DNA of 64,000 nucleotides from positions 2,570,191 through 2,634,190 of the forward strand of contig NW_003314270.1 in the NCBI RefSeq assembly GCF_000143415.4, given 5' to 3'. The stretch comes from Selaginella moellendorffii (taxonomy: Eukaryota; Plantae; Lycopodiophyta). Of this stretch, positions 23,212 to 36,795 are shown in pieces. A program made the position numbers and the translations under genes. Position 1 is the stretch's first letter, and each line of letters begins with the position of its first letter. The notes under the pieces are model-generated. The model ran no database searches. It was not told where the DNA came from and saw nothing but the letters and a program-made list of their open reading frames with translations.

Positions 23212-25988
23212 ATGGTAAGGTGCTGTTTAGTGCTAATGCTCGTCTTGTGGATTTGCTCAATGGGAAACAGCCAAGAAGAGCGCTATAAATCGAGCTACGA
23301 TGAAGCCCAAATGAGGTGCCCATTCTCCTCGTCATTCTCCGGAGATGAAGATGGATCAGATCTGAAGAAGGACGAGCTCAGCGTCCAAATGGGCGACTGG
23401 TTCCAGGAGCCCAATGCGAAATCCTTGCTGCTTCCTGGTTTGACTGCGAATACAACTCGCCCCGTGCAGCTCGCCTCCTTCTGGATCACGCACGTCAGTC
23501 TCCGGAGCAAGACAGACATTGTCAAGATCAGCGCGGTTTTGCAGCTCGCGATCTCTGTCGAAAGGATCATCGGCTACTTCACGAGTGCATCCGAGAGCTT
23601 CGAATCGTCCCCGGATTTCTCATCACTGATGGTGCTCCTGGAAGGGATCTACTTTGAGACACAGCAGAACGACCGCGGTGTTTGCATGGTCGGATGTACG
23701 GTTCTCATCAACGGGGCAAGGATCTGCGATCTCTACCTGGAGCTCCATTTCCCTCGGAGGTTTTCGCTCAAATCTAGGGAAGTCAACGGCTTTCTGACCA
23801 GCAAATCTGGGGCGTTTGACACTGTAGTGCTTGCGCTTCAGCTCGGAGGGGACACCAAGTACGAGTTTGACAATGGAAATCTCGTCAAGCCGGCATGCGA
23901 TGCATCCATGGCCATGCAGCAGATGCCCCCACAGGGCATCCGGGTTTACAGAAAATCAGGTTGCGTGGAACTGGTGGGCATCTTCCAATATGAGTGGAGC
24001 CAGCTCTCAAGCTCAGGGCCGTTTTCCCTCGATGCCACTGCCATGCAAATCATGGACATGCGCTGCATAGACACCCCGTCGGGAGCAAATGTGAGCGCCA
24101 CCTTTCGAGCAGTTTCAGTGAGACTTGACAACCCCGATCTCTCCCGAGCTCGGACGGGACTGAGGAATGCATTCGTCTTTGTTGCTGAAGGAGTGTACAA
24201 ATCTTCTACTGGCGAGATTTGCATGCTTGGCTGCCGGAACAGAGAACCTAGCTCTCCATCACTCAGCTGCGATGTCCGAGTGTCGATTTTCGTGGCACTC
24301 TCTCTCCATCAGCCAGAGATACATCTTCTTTGGAAAACTGACGAGCTTTGGTGGGGGTAATTTGTTTCGCCCCACAAAGTTTGTTCGCGTCGCACAGTTG
24401 GGCAGGCTGCCATCAGAGATTCCCAAGTTGATGAGCTATACGTATTCGAGAGCTCGAGAAGGAGAGGAGATGGCGAGATTGGAGATAAGTCTGTTGGATC
24501 AGGTGAAGCAGTCGATGCTCAAGTTCCTAAAGCCGAGCAAAACGTACTCAATCCAACAGCTGGGACAGGACTTGTCCTTCTCTTCACTGATCATCCAGAA
24601 GAACAGCAGCAGAAGCAGTATCCAAGCTTCTCCAAAGTTTTTGGACATCCAGGTTCTTGCCATTGAAGACGATCTCATCTATTATTCTGGCGAAGTCTCC
24701 AGCAAAGAGTTTGATCTTCGAGACGCAAGAACTCTGCGAGTTGCTGTGGAGCTCACACTGACCAATGTTGCTCAGGCATCAGCCGAAGGAGTTTACGTTC
24801 CTGGCACGGGACGAATCTATCTCGTTGGCTGCCTCAAGAGAAAAACTCTCGCAAACTGTGTGATCGATATCGATTCCCAGCCTGACTGTAGCGTGAGCGT
24901 CGTGATCCAGTACCCTCCTTACAACACGCAGTGGCTCGTCAGTCCGACTGTCCGCGCCAAGATCACCAGCACTCGCCCGAGTTCCGACCCGAGCTTCTTT
25001 ACTCCAATCCATGCTGAGACGTTTCCAATGCCCTACATATACCAATACCGGCAACTGAAGCTCCCATCGGTTCTGTCCAAGAAGACGCTTGAAGCCGTCT
25101 TGAGCGCCATTACCCTCAGCCTGATGCTGCTTTGCATCATCTTGCAGCTGATCCACGTCAGGAAATCTGGATCCGCCGGGGCCGTGCCTTTCATCTCGCT
25201 GGTGATGCTCGGCGTCCAGGCGTTTGGATACTCGATCCCGCTCATCACCGAGAGGTGAGGCCTTGTTTGTAAGACACACTAGCCGTAAACCGCGATTCTC
25301 GACGATCAACGAGCAAGCCACGGAGGTTACCCAGAAGGTACTCTACCTCGTCAAGTTCCTCTCGCTCGCGGCGTTCCTTCTCGTGCTCTGGCTGTTCTTC
25401 AAGGTGGTGCGCTACCGCACCCGACTCGCCAAGTTCCCACGCGATCGCAATCGACGCCGCGTTCCCAGCGACGTGAGAACCGCCAAGATCTTTGTGCTCG
25501 TCCATTCTCCCGGCCTTCTCACGGTCCTCGCCTTCCAGAGCTTGTCCAGTGAGATGCTGGTGGCATTGGACGGGACACTCTACAAACCCAAGATGAAGTG
25601 GATCCGGGAGCTCAAAGAGTATGCCGGGTTCGTGGGGGATTTGTTCCTGCTGCCACAAGTGATCGAAGTTTCCGGGTGGGATCAGATCAAGGGGAACCCA
25701 CTGGCACGAGCTTACTACATGGGAATGACGGCGTTGCGCTTGCTTCCTCACGTCTACAACGCGATCACTATTCCACTGCCCGATGCATATGAGTTTCTGG
25801 TGTTTACAAAGCCGAGGACTGGGGACTGGCTAATTTCTGCGATGGCTTTGCTCCTGGCGGCGACGGTCTATGCACAGCAGCAGTGGTCGGGGAATGGATC
25901 TTACGAGACGCTGCTATCGACAGAGAAATTTGAGGCTGAGCATTGCTCTAGAAGATGGAAGATCGAGTCAACAGTAACCAAATTTTAA
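23212..25988 (+). pseudogene. Tandem DUF2921 paralogue with two frameshifts (~24300, ~25251)
   Basis: Colinear with 20058-23111 across three ORF pieces (23197-24360, 24167-25258, 25224-25988); a 2-bp loss in a CT run and a 1-bp gain relative to copy 1. Confidence 0.85.
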
Positions 25989-26062
25989 TAAAGGCATTAA
26001 AGATCAGTCAAAGCTAATCAAATAGTCAACACAATATAATTAAGATAGCAAAATTTAATATA

Positions 26063-26136
26063 TGGCTTCGTCCAGGTTCGAACTGGAGACCTTCAGTGTG
26101 TTAGACTGACGTGATGACCAACTACACCACGAAACC
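26063..26136 (-). tRNA. tRNA-Val(AAC)
   Basis: Reverse complement GGTTTCGTGGTGTAGTTGGTCATCACGTCAGTCTAACACACTGAAGGTCTCCAGTTCGAACCTGGACGAAGCCA; a T-run follows. Confidence 0.95.
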
Positions 26137-26262
26137 ACTTGTGGTATGAACTTGCTAATTGTTTCTACATATTGGATAGAGAAGAACTGTGGATAAAGAT
26201 CTTGGAGGTGGAAGACGCGCCACGATCCTCTGTTCTAGGGTTTAGGGCGAGGGAGGAATGCC

Positions 26263-29106
26263 ATGGCGCTGACAGCTCTTGCCTCGGCGCATCTCCTGTC
26301 GGTAAGCGAGAAATGCGAGAGGAAATGCGCGTGAGAGCTTGTGGTGTCCATCCAGATTGGCTCGACTTCGCGCTCGGGACTGCTCCGGAGGGACGGCATT
26401 GACGATTCTTTCGATGGACATTGCGCGCTTTCCCAGACGGGGATCAGAAGAGCGAGGTTCTTTTCAGTATCTGTTCGTATTTCGATGCTCTCATAGCCGA
26501 TTGCATTGGATTCCAGGCAGAGCTTTGGAGAGGCCGATAGAAAGCCAAGGGATGTGAGAATTCGAGCTCAAGCATTGTCGGATGCAGCACAAAAATCGGA
26601 ATATGTGAGTAGTAGAAGATTTCCTCCTTGCTCGATCTTATATTTCTTCCTTCCAGCGTAATATCGCGCAAATCAATGAAGCTATTAGGAAGGCTGAATC
26701 GGTGCCAGCAGCGCTTAAGATCCTGGAAGAAACCAAGGCCGCCGGAGTGCACACTCCAAATGAAGGTACACACTTTTATTGTCCGAGCTGAAGATTAATT
26801 TTTTTTTCCGGGTGGCAGCAACATATGCATCGCTCATGCTAGCTTGTAGAAAGCTTGGCCAAGGAGAACGCGCACTTACCATCTACGAGGTACTTACTGT
26901 TCCTCGTGACTCACAAATATGAAGAAAATTATTTCAGGCCATGAAGCAGACCAAGGAACCAATAAGTATTCGAACTTACAACACTCTGATCTCTTGCTGC
27001 CAACAAGCTCTTCGTATGGATGATGCGTTCCGGGTGAAGGTAGATATCCGTTGGTTGTAGTTCATGCGTAAAGTATTGATCTGATATTTCAGAAAGAGCT
27101 CGAAGAAGCGGGAGTGAAACCAGATGTGGTGACGTACACTAGCCTTATTGACACTGTCATAAGGTCCACCCGCATTCCCCCAGCTCAAAGGTAGTCTTCT
27201 ATACTTCTGGCGCTGGCAGATTTTGTGACAAAAGCATTGTAGAAACTTGCAGGCTCGAGAAAGCTTTACAGCTATACAAGGAAATGCAAACTCTTTCCAT
27301 AACGCCTGACAGCAAAACCTACAATACCCTTATACAAGCTGCTGGCGAGGCAAAGGCGACAGAAAAAGCACTTGTAAGATATTTGCGGTTGATTTTTTGG
27401 TTTGAGCGCTTGCGTATTTCTGTGTGCAGGAATTGTATCAGTCGCTTACGAAGGTTGGTCTTTCGGCCAATTCGTTCACATTCGATCTTCTGTTGAAGTG
27501 CCTCGGAAGTGGTGGAAGGCTCAAGGTAGCTTTACAAGTTTACAACGAAGCCCGAGCAGCAGGAATTACACTTTATACGAGCACCTACAACTTTTTGATT
27601 GGAGCCTGCGCAACAGCTCCGCAGCCTAATGTAGGCCTTTTGCTGCGAGAGAACTTTAACGCTGGTTAACAAACTGCTTGCGCAGGCTGAGAGAGCATGG
27701 GCCTTCTACGAGGAAATGAAGAGCAAGAATCTGAAGGTCAATGCATTAACATTTATCAACCTTATCAGCGCTTCTAGCAAGGTAATTCCTATGGGAGCTT
27801 TGTTTTTTTGTTGTATGATTATACGATTTTGTGCAGGCTGCGGACAATGCAGGCGTCATGAAAGCTTTTCAGTTGATGAAAGAGCTTGATTATACAAAAT
27901 CTATCACAACTACAACATACAATCAAATTCTCGAGTCTGCAAGTATAGCGAACACCTTGGAAGACGCTCTAAAGATCTACTACGAGATGAAGAAAGCTGG
28001 GTACAAGCCAAATGTTTCTACCTACAGCAGTTTAATTTCGGCTTGCATTCGCAACAAAGACTTCAAGCAAGCTCAAACGTTGGAAGAAGAGGAGTTTAAG
28101 AACGTCGACGTGTCGCTAAATCAGTCCGTCTTACACAGCCTGATCAGAGCCTACGGTGATGCTGACAAATGGGAAGATTCAGTGAGAATTTTTCGAGATA
28201 TGATAAAGAAGGTAATGGGGGTTATCCTTTTGCTTCTTTTTTTTGTATTTGACAGTAAATTTTTTTTTTTTCAGGGAATGCCACTGACTGAGGAATCGTT
28301 TGCAAGTGTATTTGAGGCTTGCTTTGGGCGCGAACAAATCAGTGCGATGGTAGCATCAGAAAACAAAAAGTTCGGCATTACACCACGTACGTTCTTTCTG
28401 TCTTCTCGTGAAAATTTCGCTTCTCTACTTCTTTGGCTGCAGGAATCGAAGCTGGAATACAGTTGTACGAAGAGTTTGCTTTGAAGAAGCAGTTCACGAA
28501 CTTTAGCAGCACAAATCTATCCAGGTAGAGACGATATCTTGTTTCACTACATCCCCTGACTTGCTGTTTAGGTGTGACGTGAAAACAATGAGCCTCCCAG
28601 GAACCATCTTTGCGGTACTCGCCTGGTTGAAAGCCGTCCGAGCGAATCCACCCGCCGCAGATTTAATTGTTGTGACGGGAACCATCAACGAGGTAAAACA
28701 TCACCAGCTCTTTGTCATGAGAAACATACATTTTCTGCAGCTCGATAACACCCCTGGGAAGCCGAAGTATCCAAAGCGCCACACGCTTGCCATGAGAACT
28801 ATGCGTGCGCTACGATTGCCAGTGATGCGTCTCAACACGCTTGCTATGCTGACGCTCACAACAAACAACGACGCCGTGCAAAGATGGGTGAGAAATGCCG
28901 ATCCATTCTCAGCGTCAGAAGGAACAGCAGCGGTGGAAGAAGGTGATCCAGCAAATGGTTCGGAAGAAGCCGAGGAGGAAGGAAAAATTACTCAAGAAAC
29001 TGTGGGAGAAGGAGAAGCGAATGAAGAAACTACGCCAACAACAACAAATGGTGAAACTGAGAGTGATGTCGCTGATGATGGAGCAGTGATCATAGTCGAG
29101 GCATAG
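26263..29106 (+). CDS. Intron-rich PPR protein with a C-terminal Smr-like domain and acidic tail (PPR-SMR), probably plastid-targeted; exon boundaries approximate
   Basis: PPR motifs in successive exons (TYNTLISCC, KPDVVTYTSLI, PDSKTYNTLI, KPNVSTYSSLI); DVKTMSLPGTIFAVLAWL...LIVVTG resembles Smr. Confidence 0.78.
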
Positions 29107-29222
29107 GTTCTTTCGTTTCTCTTTTTTTTTGTTCACACAGGGTGCTCGCAGCGCCCGAATCAAAATTGAAGTGGTGTTCTCGTGATTTTGCGGCCTAATC
29201 GCCAACGGCCTTTCAGCTGAAG

Positions 29223-31595
29223 TTAATGGAGCTCGTAGAAGAGTAGCGTCGCTCTCGCCTCTAGCACTTCTTCCTCCGAGACTTTGACGACATCAGCATC
29301 GGATATCGCAAACCACATGGTCTCTTCTCGCGCGATTTTCACATCGCCCTGTTTCGTCTCCTCCCCCGCTTCACGTTTTTCCGGAGTGATGTCTGTGAAT
29401 TTCGATCGTTGCCCGTCCAGCATCTCGATTTGATGGCGAGGAACCTTCACCTTGCGGTAGACGGTGTAGTGACCGGACATTGGGCTGCCCTGGTGAACCA
29501 CGACAGAGATGAGATCATATAGCCTCTTCACGCCTTTATGTCGTTCTGTAAGAATCTATCGCTTTTAGAACTCAAAAAAAAGAAAGAAAGTATAACTGCA
29601 ACCTTCAGTTTTGGAGGCCACAACTGGATTTGGATCCTGGCTATCCACTTCGAGCTTTGCCTTTGCCTCGTCATGCTTCTACGAAACAAGCGTGTCAGTA
29701 AAGAAAATCACCACCACAACCAAAATCACTCACGTCTTCCACAATCCGATTGCAGGGACTGCCTTGTCCCAGCTCCTCGGCTCCTCCGATACACCTGGCG
29801 TTGGCGTCGAAGTCGCCGTGAATGGACTTCAGACCTGTGGAACCCAATGCTCTTAAAACGGGTAGCATTGCCGTTTTAAACACTCTCGGATCGATCTCAG
29901 CGCTATCTTTCCTCGTCGGAGTTTGTTTCGAAGCGATCGTAAAAGGCGACAAGTCCAGCGTCGTAGAAAACGAGATATGGTCCTACACACAGAGTCGAAT
30001 AAGAGAGCTGCTGCGTGCACAGAGATAAGTTACCAAAAGCTTCTCAAGATGGCCAGAAGCATTTACAATGACTCGTTGCAGATGCAAACACAAAACCTGC
30101 AACAAGGTCCTTTTTAGTTCAAACCTTCATATAAACATGTTTAGTACCTCGGGACAACGACCGATTTGTAAGCTCTTGTATGCATCGCCTTGTATTTTAA
30201 TCCACAGTCCGTCTCTTTCCTTGACAAGCGTCTCACAGACGCAGTCGTCATAATCGCAGCTATGAAGCGTCTTCAAAAGGTCCTGATGAAAGCAGAAAAC
30301 ATCACAGAAGAACCTGTTGGTTCCTATCCAACACCATACCAAGCATTAAAAATGTGAGCTGCAGGCACCTTGTTGTCTTCTGGCCTCCGAGATAAGAAGC
30401 AGGCAGCAGCAAGATGAGCACACCGACTGCACTTGAAATTCGAAACCCGCTCTAGCATGGTGAACTGGTCAAGACAATCTTCTATGGTACATGCTTTCCT
30501 CTGTGGACGAAAACAAAAGCATGAGCTTGAAATCTAAATTGCGGGAATGACTCACAATATATCCGCCTGCAGACTGCGGAAGAGCAAGAGAAACGTCTGT
30601 GAAAAAATGAAACTGCATAGAACCCTGAAAGGTCATGGACAAAGTATCAGTAAAAGTAAAACACGTAGGAAAGCTCAAGATCACCTGGAAACCGCATTGT
30701 GAACATATGATGGAGCTTCCGTATGTGCCTTCCATAGGCCATCGAAGTTGCTGGCGCCAGTAGTTCAAGGCAAGCTTGCTCTGAAAATCATCAGTATGGA
30801 TAAGGCTTTCCATCTGCCTTGACAACGCAGAAACATCTGCCAGGGACTGCAAAGTCGGCCTATACTCCTCAAAATTTTCCATTCGCTCGTGTTGAAGGGC
30901 TGCTGCAAGATATGACAATGCCTCGGCAGCGTCCTGAGAAAAACCTTTAAAGTCACAACCATTCGAAAAGAAAAGAGAAAAAGGAGATCAAATACCTGTT
31001 GCATGCCAAGATCAAAGCTCCGAGCGTAATGCCCGAGTACACGCATGACCTGACGAGGACTGACTATGCGGTGTCCGGGTGCCACTTCCCCAAGTTCTAG
31101 AACAAACATGTTCTCTTTTCCATAAACATCCAAAATTCTTTCTGCGTACCTTCTAGCAATTCGCAAAGAGCCGATGAGAGAGGCATGGAAGGCTCCCGCT
31201 CATCACCCTCCAGGTTTTCATACGCTCTCAAATACGCAGCAAACTTCTGGGAGCTAGCAAGGGCCTGTAAGAAAAACGTGAACAATCCATCCATTTCTGG
31301 ACAAAAGAAAGAAAATTCTCATCACCTGGAGGATCGCGTTCAAGAAGCAATTGTTCCCGGAATTTTGCAGCCCTGGGACCGTGAGCTCCCGCTGGTGAGC
31401 GCCATGGCTGCCCCGGATCCATTGCGGCAAAGCCCTCACCAACATCAGTGCGCCCATCAATCCGCCCCCTACAAGCGTGGCCAGCGCCGCGATTCCCCTG
31501 CGACCTTCCAGGGAGCTCAGGCAGCGCCATGGGATCGACTGGAGCGCCCGCAGCCGCGCTAAAACATCCAAAATCTCCGCTTCGGACCGTCCCAT
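29223..31595 (-). CDS. UBP27: Ubiquitin-specific protease with an N-terminal TM segment (UBP27/USP30-like), multi-exon
   Basis: Cys box VPGLQNSGNNCFLNAILQ; QQ|DAAE; His box YDLISVVVHQGSPMSGHYTVYR...WFAISDADV; hydrophobic N-terminal helix. Confidence 0.85.
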
Positions 31596-32989
31596 CACCA
31601 ATAAACCCTAATTTCGATATCCTTCTTAAATATTACCTAGTCATTATTTTGATATTGTACCTTTTTGGTTTGACTTATAAGAAATATACCTAGAATATCT
31701 AGTTATATTCTGGGATATGACAAATAGTGTTTAGTTCTTGGTAAACTCCTCCCTCAATCATCAAGTGCTCAACTCCAGAGCATTGATACAAATGGTTTTA
31801 ATCCATCCACTCTCCTAGTGGATCATTGGCTTTTAGAAACCAGAGAAATAGATTTGAAACACAGGTTCTTTCCTTGCTGTTTGATTTTTATGTGCCTTGT
31901 GTTTTAACTCTTTTTTAAGATATAAACATTTAGAGATCCCTTCTAGAATACCATTGGAATCCACCTTCACCTCATCAGAGTGCAGAGCTTCATTGTGGTG
32001 CCAGTAGTGTTTGTGAATGTGGATATGTGCATGGGATTGCAACCAATCACATTTAAAGTTCTTTCCAAGCAACCACAGGTACATATCTTTTTTCCTTTGT
32101 AGTGTGTGAGGAGGTATTAGCACCTCCATAGAATTTGTCAAGCAATATATCAACACTCTTGTAAATGGGATTTTTAATAGCATTGTCTACACTCACTAGA
32201 ATTTGAGTTCTTTCCCATTGTCATCAATGATTATCTGTTGATTTAAAGTTGGCCTTGGATGCACATTTCACAATTGACAAACAGCTAGAATATACAGGCT
32301 AGTAGATCATAGTCCTTTCTTTCTAGTTCCTTTCCTTTCCGTTTCTTAAAGCTGAGAAACTTAATTGAATTACAGTAAACCAAGCTCATCCAAGAGTTTT
32401 TTCCTGAGTTGCAATGCTAAAGCCAAAGTTTTGCAAGTTTAGCTTCAAATGACACACTCAAATCAATGTTGTAATTTCAATTTGACATATTCATTGATTT
32501 CATAAGTGTAACTATAATTTGAGGAAATCCAAAGGTAAATAATGTTTGGTGTTCAGGATTTCTTTTGTTGCATTGGATGGGAAATAAGCTCACTTTGGAA
32601 ACAAGTAGACAAACTACATATAAACTTCGAAGTATCAATTATTTGTAGGTAAAAATATAAAATCCATTAAAAAAAAATAACAATTTACAAAGTATATAAA
32701 ATACAGATTCGAAGGATTTTTGCAAACCTTGCTGGCTGATATACTGTAAGCTCCAACAGACACGTGTTTAAAAGCTCTAGCAAGATTTATGTGGGACAGA
32801 GTGGAAGAGCATATTTTGCAAGGAAAGGATGTGATAGCGGAATGCTCAAAGAAAGATTGGCATAACAAGCTTGTGAAATTGAGGAAAAACTGTAAAGGTC
32901 TACTAGAATCACCACACTGATAAAAGCTGTGATCTAAATCTCTGTGACAAGGAGAAAGTTAACTGTAATTATCTAGATGAAAGCATTAG

Positions 32990-34406
32990 TTAACCAAAAA
33001 TTCGTTTCACAACGTCCACTGGCAGAGCATAGACCGCATCTATCCGCTTCAATCCGGGGTAGTCCAAGAGCGATAACCCTGGACAAAACGGGTAAGAATC
33101 AATCGCAAAGCGAGAGAATTGTCAGCTTACCAGCAACTCCAAAGAAGGTGTGAAAAACATCCACTGCGTCGTTTGGCCTGTCCGAAATGCCGCCTTCTTC
33201 AGTGTCCTACACAAGGCTCACAACTATGTTAAGAGATGAAACGCCTCTACAGTGAGTGTACCTGGCAGTCGAGAATGAAAGTTTTGAGCTTTTCCTTGTC
33301 GATCCAGTCCACACGGCCGAGCGTCACTAGACTTGAAAGCACCCACCACGAGTAGCAGACCTTTGACACGAATCGCCATTTTAGAGAGGACCAAAGAGAT
33401 ACGACTTACGTCGGGTTGCTTCTCGGGCCTGCCATTGAGACCACCGGATTTAACTTGGCGCTCGCAAAGCCACCAGCCGAGTAAATCCTTGTCAATGTGA
33501 TGAAGCGCACCGGCAATAGCGAGAGCGCTAACGCAGCAAAAAACTGTATAATCGCGGAAAACATTAGCTAAGCCAAGAGCTTTCGAAAACAGTTTTCAGG
33601 CTTACTCTGTCCGGCGTGAGATTCCCCTCCGGGAATGCTACCAAAACCACCGTCGAAGTTCTTACAGCTCGCAATGTAGTCGACTGCTTTCTCGACGTTG
33701 ATCACGTCCAAGCGCTTGAGAAGAGAAAGGCAGCACAACGCGCAATACGAGAATCTGGCACAACCAAAAAAAAGAAAAAAAAAACCACGGTGATATGAGA
33801 AAACCAAAAGCTTTTCTACTCAACCTCGTATCGATTTCCCCCCACTCGTCTCCAGCAAAAGATCCATCCTCCTGCTGAAGGCTCGCAATATCTTTCCTGG
33901 ACGTTAAGAACATTGTTCAAGGAGAAAACAAGTCTGAAGAAAGAAAACTCTGGAGAAAAAGGATACAGGAAGCTGCTTTGTCCGAGTCCAAGAGCTCCAT
34001 TCTATCGTAAATCGCTAGAATCTGGACGGCGCTTAGAGTATAGAGAATGTGAGGATCATGGCCTATGTTTCCACTAAAACCACCTGAAATCAAAGAAAGA
34101 AAGAAAATCCAGCTTAGATCCAAGAGCAGAGCAAGAGCAAGAGGATTCCTCACCGCAATCGTGCTTGCATTGTAAGAGCCAGCTTATAACTTTGGCATCG
34201 TCGACGTCTTCCCTACATCCCATCAAATCCAGCGCGGTCAACCCCCAATACGCTCCGTTCATCCGGAGGTGCTCCATCACCATTGAATCGAAATCCTTCT
34301 TCTGCGCGATCGAGGAGAGATCTATTCTTGATCTTTTGCGAGATTTCTTTCATACCTTCTCCAGCGATTTGATGAATTCCACATGCTTGTCCACTCGCAG
34401 CTCCAT
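32990..34406 (-). CDS. RGTB: Rab geranylgeranyltransferase type II beta subunit, multi-exon
   Basis: [54 protein letters not shown]...[27 protein letters not shown]. Confidence 0.95.
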
Positions 34407-34540
34407 CGTCGCCTATAAACCCTAAGTAGAAAAACTTGCATTTGTTGTATACTTTAAACGTAGGAAAGAATATTCAAGAAGTACAAATCAGCATATTCTA
34501 CAAAGCTTGTGTGCTTTGGCTTTGCAAAGTTTTATAGCTG

Positions 34541-36401
34541 CTACTCTTCTTCTTCGGCTTCTTCGAGCCACTGCACGAAAGGCTCCAAGCTCTTGGCAAA
34601 GATTTGCCTGCGACAAAAATCAAAGCTGTGAATCACGCATCCAATTCAAACGAACGATATATGACGAGAAAGAAGGAACAATGAATGCAAAATGAGCTAG
34701 TATGAAACGCTAAAGCTGCAAATAAAGTGAAACTCTGGCACTTACCGGCCCTTCGGATTCGCTCCCTTGCGGAACCATGTCAAAATGGTATCCTCGGCCA
34801 GCACGTCCTGGTCGTAGAGAGCGCGCACCATCTCAGGAAAGAGCTTCATGAGCTTTGCGTCTTCGTAGCAGTGGACCTGTATTTTGTACATAAGCTCCAT
34901 CTCCAGCTTTGCGGACGTGCAGACTTCGCCTAACAGCGAGCCCCATGTCTTCACCTGTGCATTAGAAATAAGAAGAGCGTTACTTCGCTTCTTACGACGT
35001 GAGAGAACTTAAAAACTAACCTGTCGCAGAGCGAGATTGACATTCTGCTGTTGATTCTTGCCTGACCACTGTACAGCATCCATTAGAGCATCCCACACCG
35101 TCCGCACAACGTCCACGTCGGGGAGGAGGGATTCCTTTCGACGACTCTTCACAGTCTCGATCACTTCACCCATGTCCGCATTCGCACTAATCTGATCGGC
35201 CAGCGAGGTTCTCAGCTCTTTTAGCTTCACGTCGAAAACTTTTTTGTCATGGTACTCAACCAAAACACCCAGGCCTTCCTTCCTGCAATAAAGAAAAACT
35301 TGAAGATGCACAAGAGATAAAAATCATGAAAAGCGCCAACCTGAAGTGCTCGGCGAATGCTTCGGGGGTTCGCTTCTGCATTGGGAACAACTCCACGAGA
35401 CGATCCTCCATTTTCGCACGCTTCAGGAGCGATATGAGATCGTCAAGACTGTTCTCCAGAAGAAACTCTTTGAATGTCTCCGTACAAAACCCCAGTACAG
35501 TCCCCTTAGCCACGAGGCTGTCATTGAGAAGCGCCGCAAATACTGTTTCTGGTGGCAGGCCCGAGAGCTTCTGGGACAAAGCAAGGGTCGTGAAGATTGC
35601 CAGCTTCTTCCGGTCATCGGCATCAAAGAGTTCCTAACAAAAAGAAAAAAAGAGTTAATACCGTCTCCCTGTAAACCAGAAAAACTAGCATACCAAAGAT
35701 TGGAGCAGCCTGCGCATGACATTTTCGAGATTCTTGATCAGGAACGGACGTCGCCTTATAATCTTCTGGATGTACAGAACGTAAGGCAGTATGCTAGGTC
35801 GAGTAGCTTCACAATTTAAAACAGCATAAGGCTGCCTCTCTCCGTCCTCGGGCTTCGTCGTCCCTGGTTGATTACGGCCACCGGTGAACACAACCTGGCA
35901 AACGAAAGAAAAAACAAGTTTGAGACTCCTAAACTCCACCGAGAAACTGCGACGTTCTTAAGCTTATCCATACCTCGAAGAAGGTGTCACCATAGCGTGA
36001 GAAATCAAGATCCGAGGCCTCGATACTCTTGGCAGTCAGCTCCTAGAAAAACCAGAGGAAAGAATAATTAAAAATCAAGATCACGCTCGCAAGGCATAAT
36101 TCTCACCAGATCACCAGCATGATCCAAGTAGATCTGGACTATAGCATCCGCGAAAGAAGATGGGTCCAACGGAATTGCAATATTCCGTTTGCGGGTCTTA
36201 ATCCGCGTGCCACTATACACGCCCAAATCATGAACAAACCAAACCAAACCAAAACCAATGCAAGAATCTCAAAGCCCTTACCCGAGAGTGGGTCTCTCCT
36301 TGGTGCTGCAAAAGCACACAACACGAATTAGAACCAGATTCTGAGACCTAGACACTGGATCCGGCAAGCAATTTGGCCCATAGGGTCGCATCTCACCTCA
36401 T
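34541..36401 (-). CDS. eIF5-mimic protein (BZW/5MP, W2 domain), multi-exon
   Basis: MSTKERPTLG|GTRIKTRKRNIAVPLD; QVHCYEDAKLMKLFPE..LYDQDVLAEDTILTWFRKG; C-terminal KWLEEAEEEE*. Confidence 0.93.
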
Positions 36402-36795
36402 AAAACGAGGAGCGCCGATCCGCAGCTACCTAGTGGCGCCGGTGCCGATCCCGCCAACGATTCGATGGATCGATCAAACCCCCGCGCGCTCTCGCCGGCC
36501 GCGCACAAACGAGACGAGGAGAGAAATGGGGGTTGAGAATGGGCAAAAAAAAAAGAGATAGCGTGGGCTCGTTTGGAACAATTAACCGGAATAAAGTAAA
36601 GCGTTTGGATTCCGTCAATTTAATGAGTCGGATGGTTAGGGCATGACGTGTGCGTGGCTTGATCAAAATCGTACACGTGTCCTTTATATTTAACCGTAAG
36701 AAAATGCGACTCCAAGATACAATTTGTATCAGTTTGCCAATCATTAGATTGGAAATAGTCAATTTCTTTGACTTCTGCTGACCAAGTCAAACTAG

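Noticed and set aside
31700-32300. Possible gene between UBP27 and RGTB (116-aa ORF)
   Set aside because: No coherent domain; looks like a highly decayed retroelement remnant, too weak to call.
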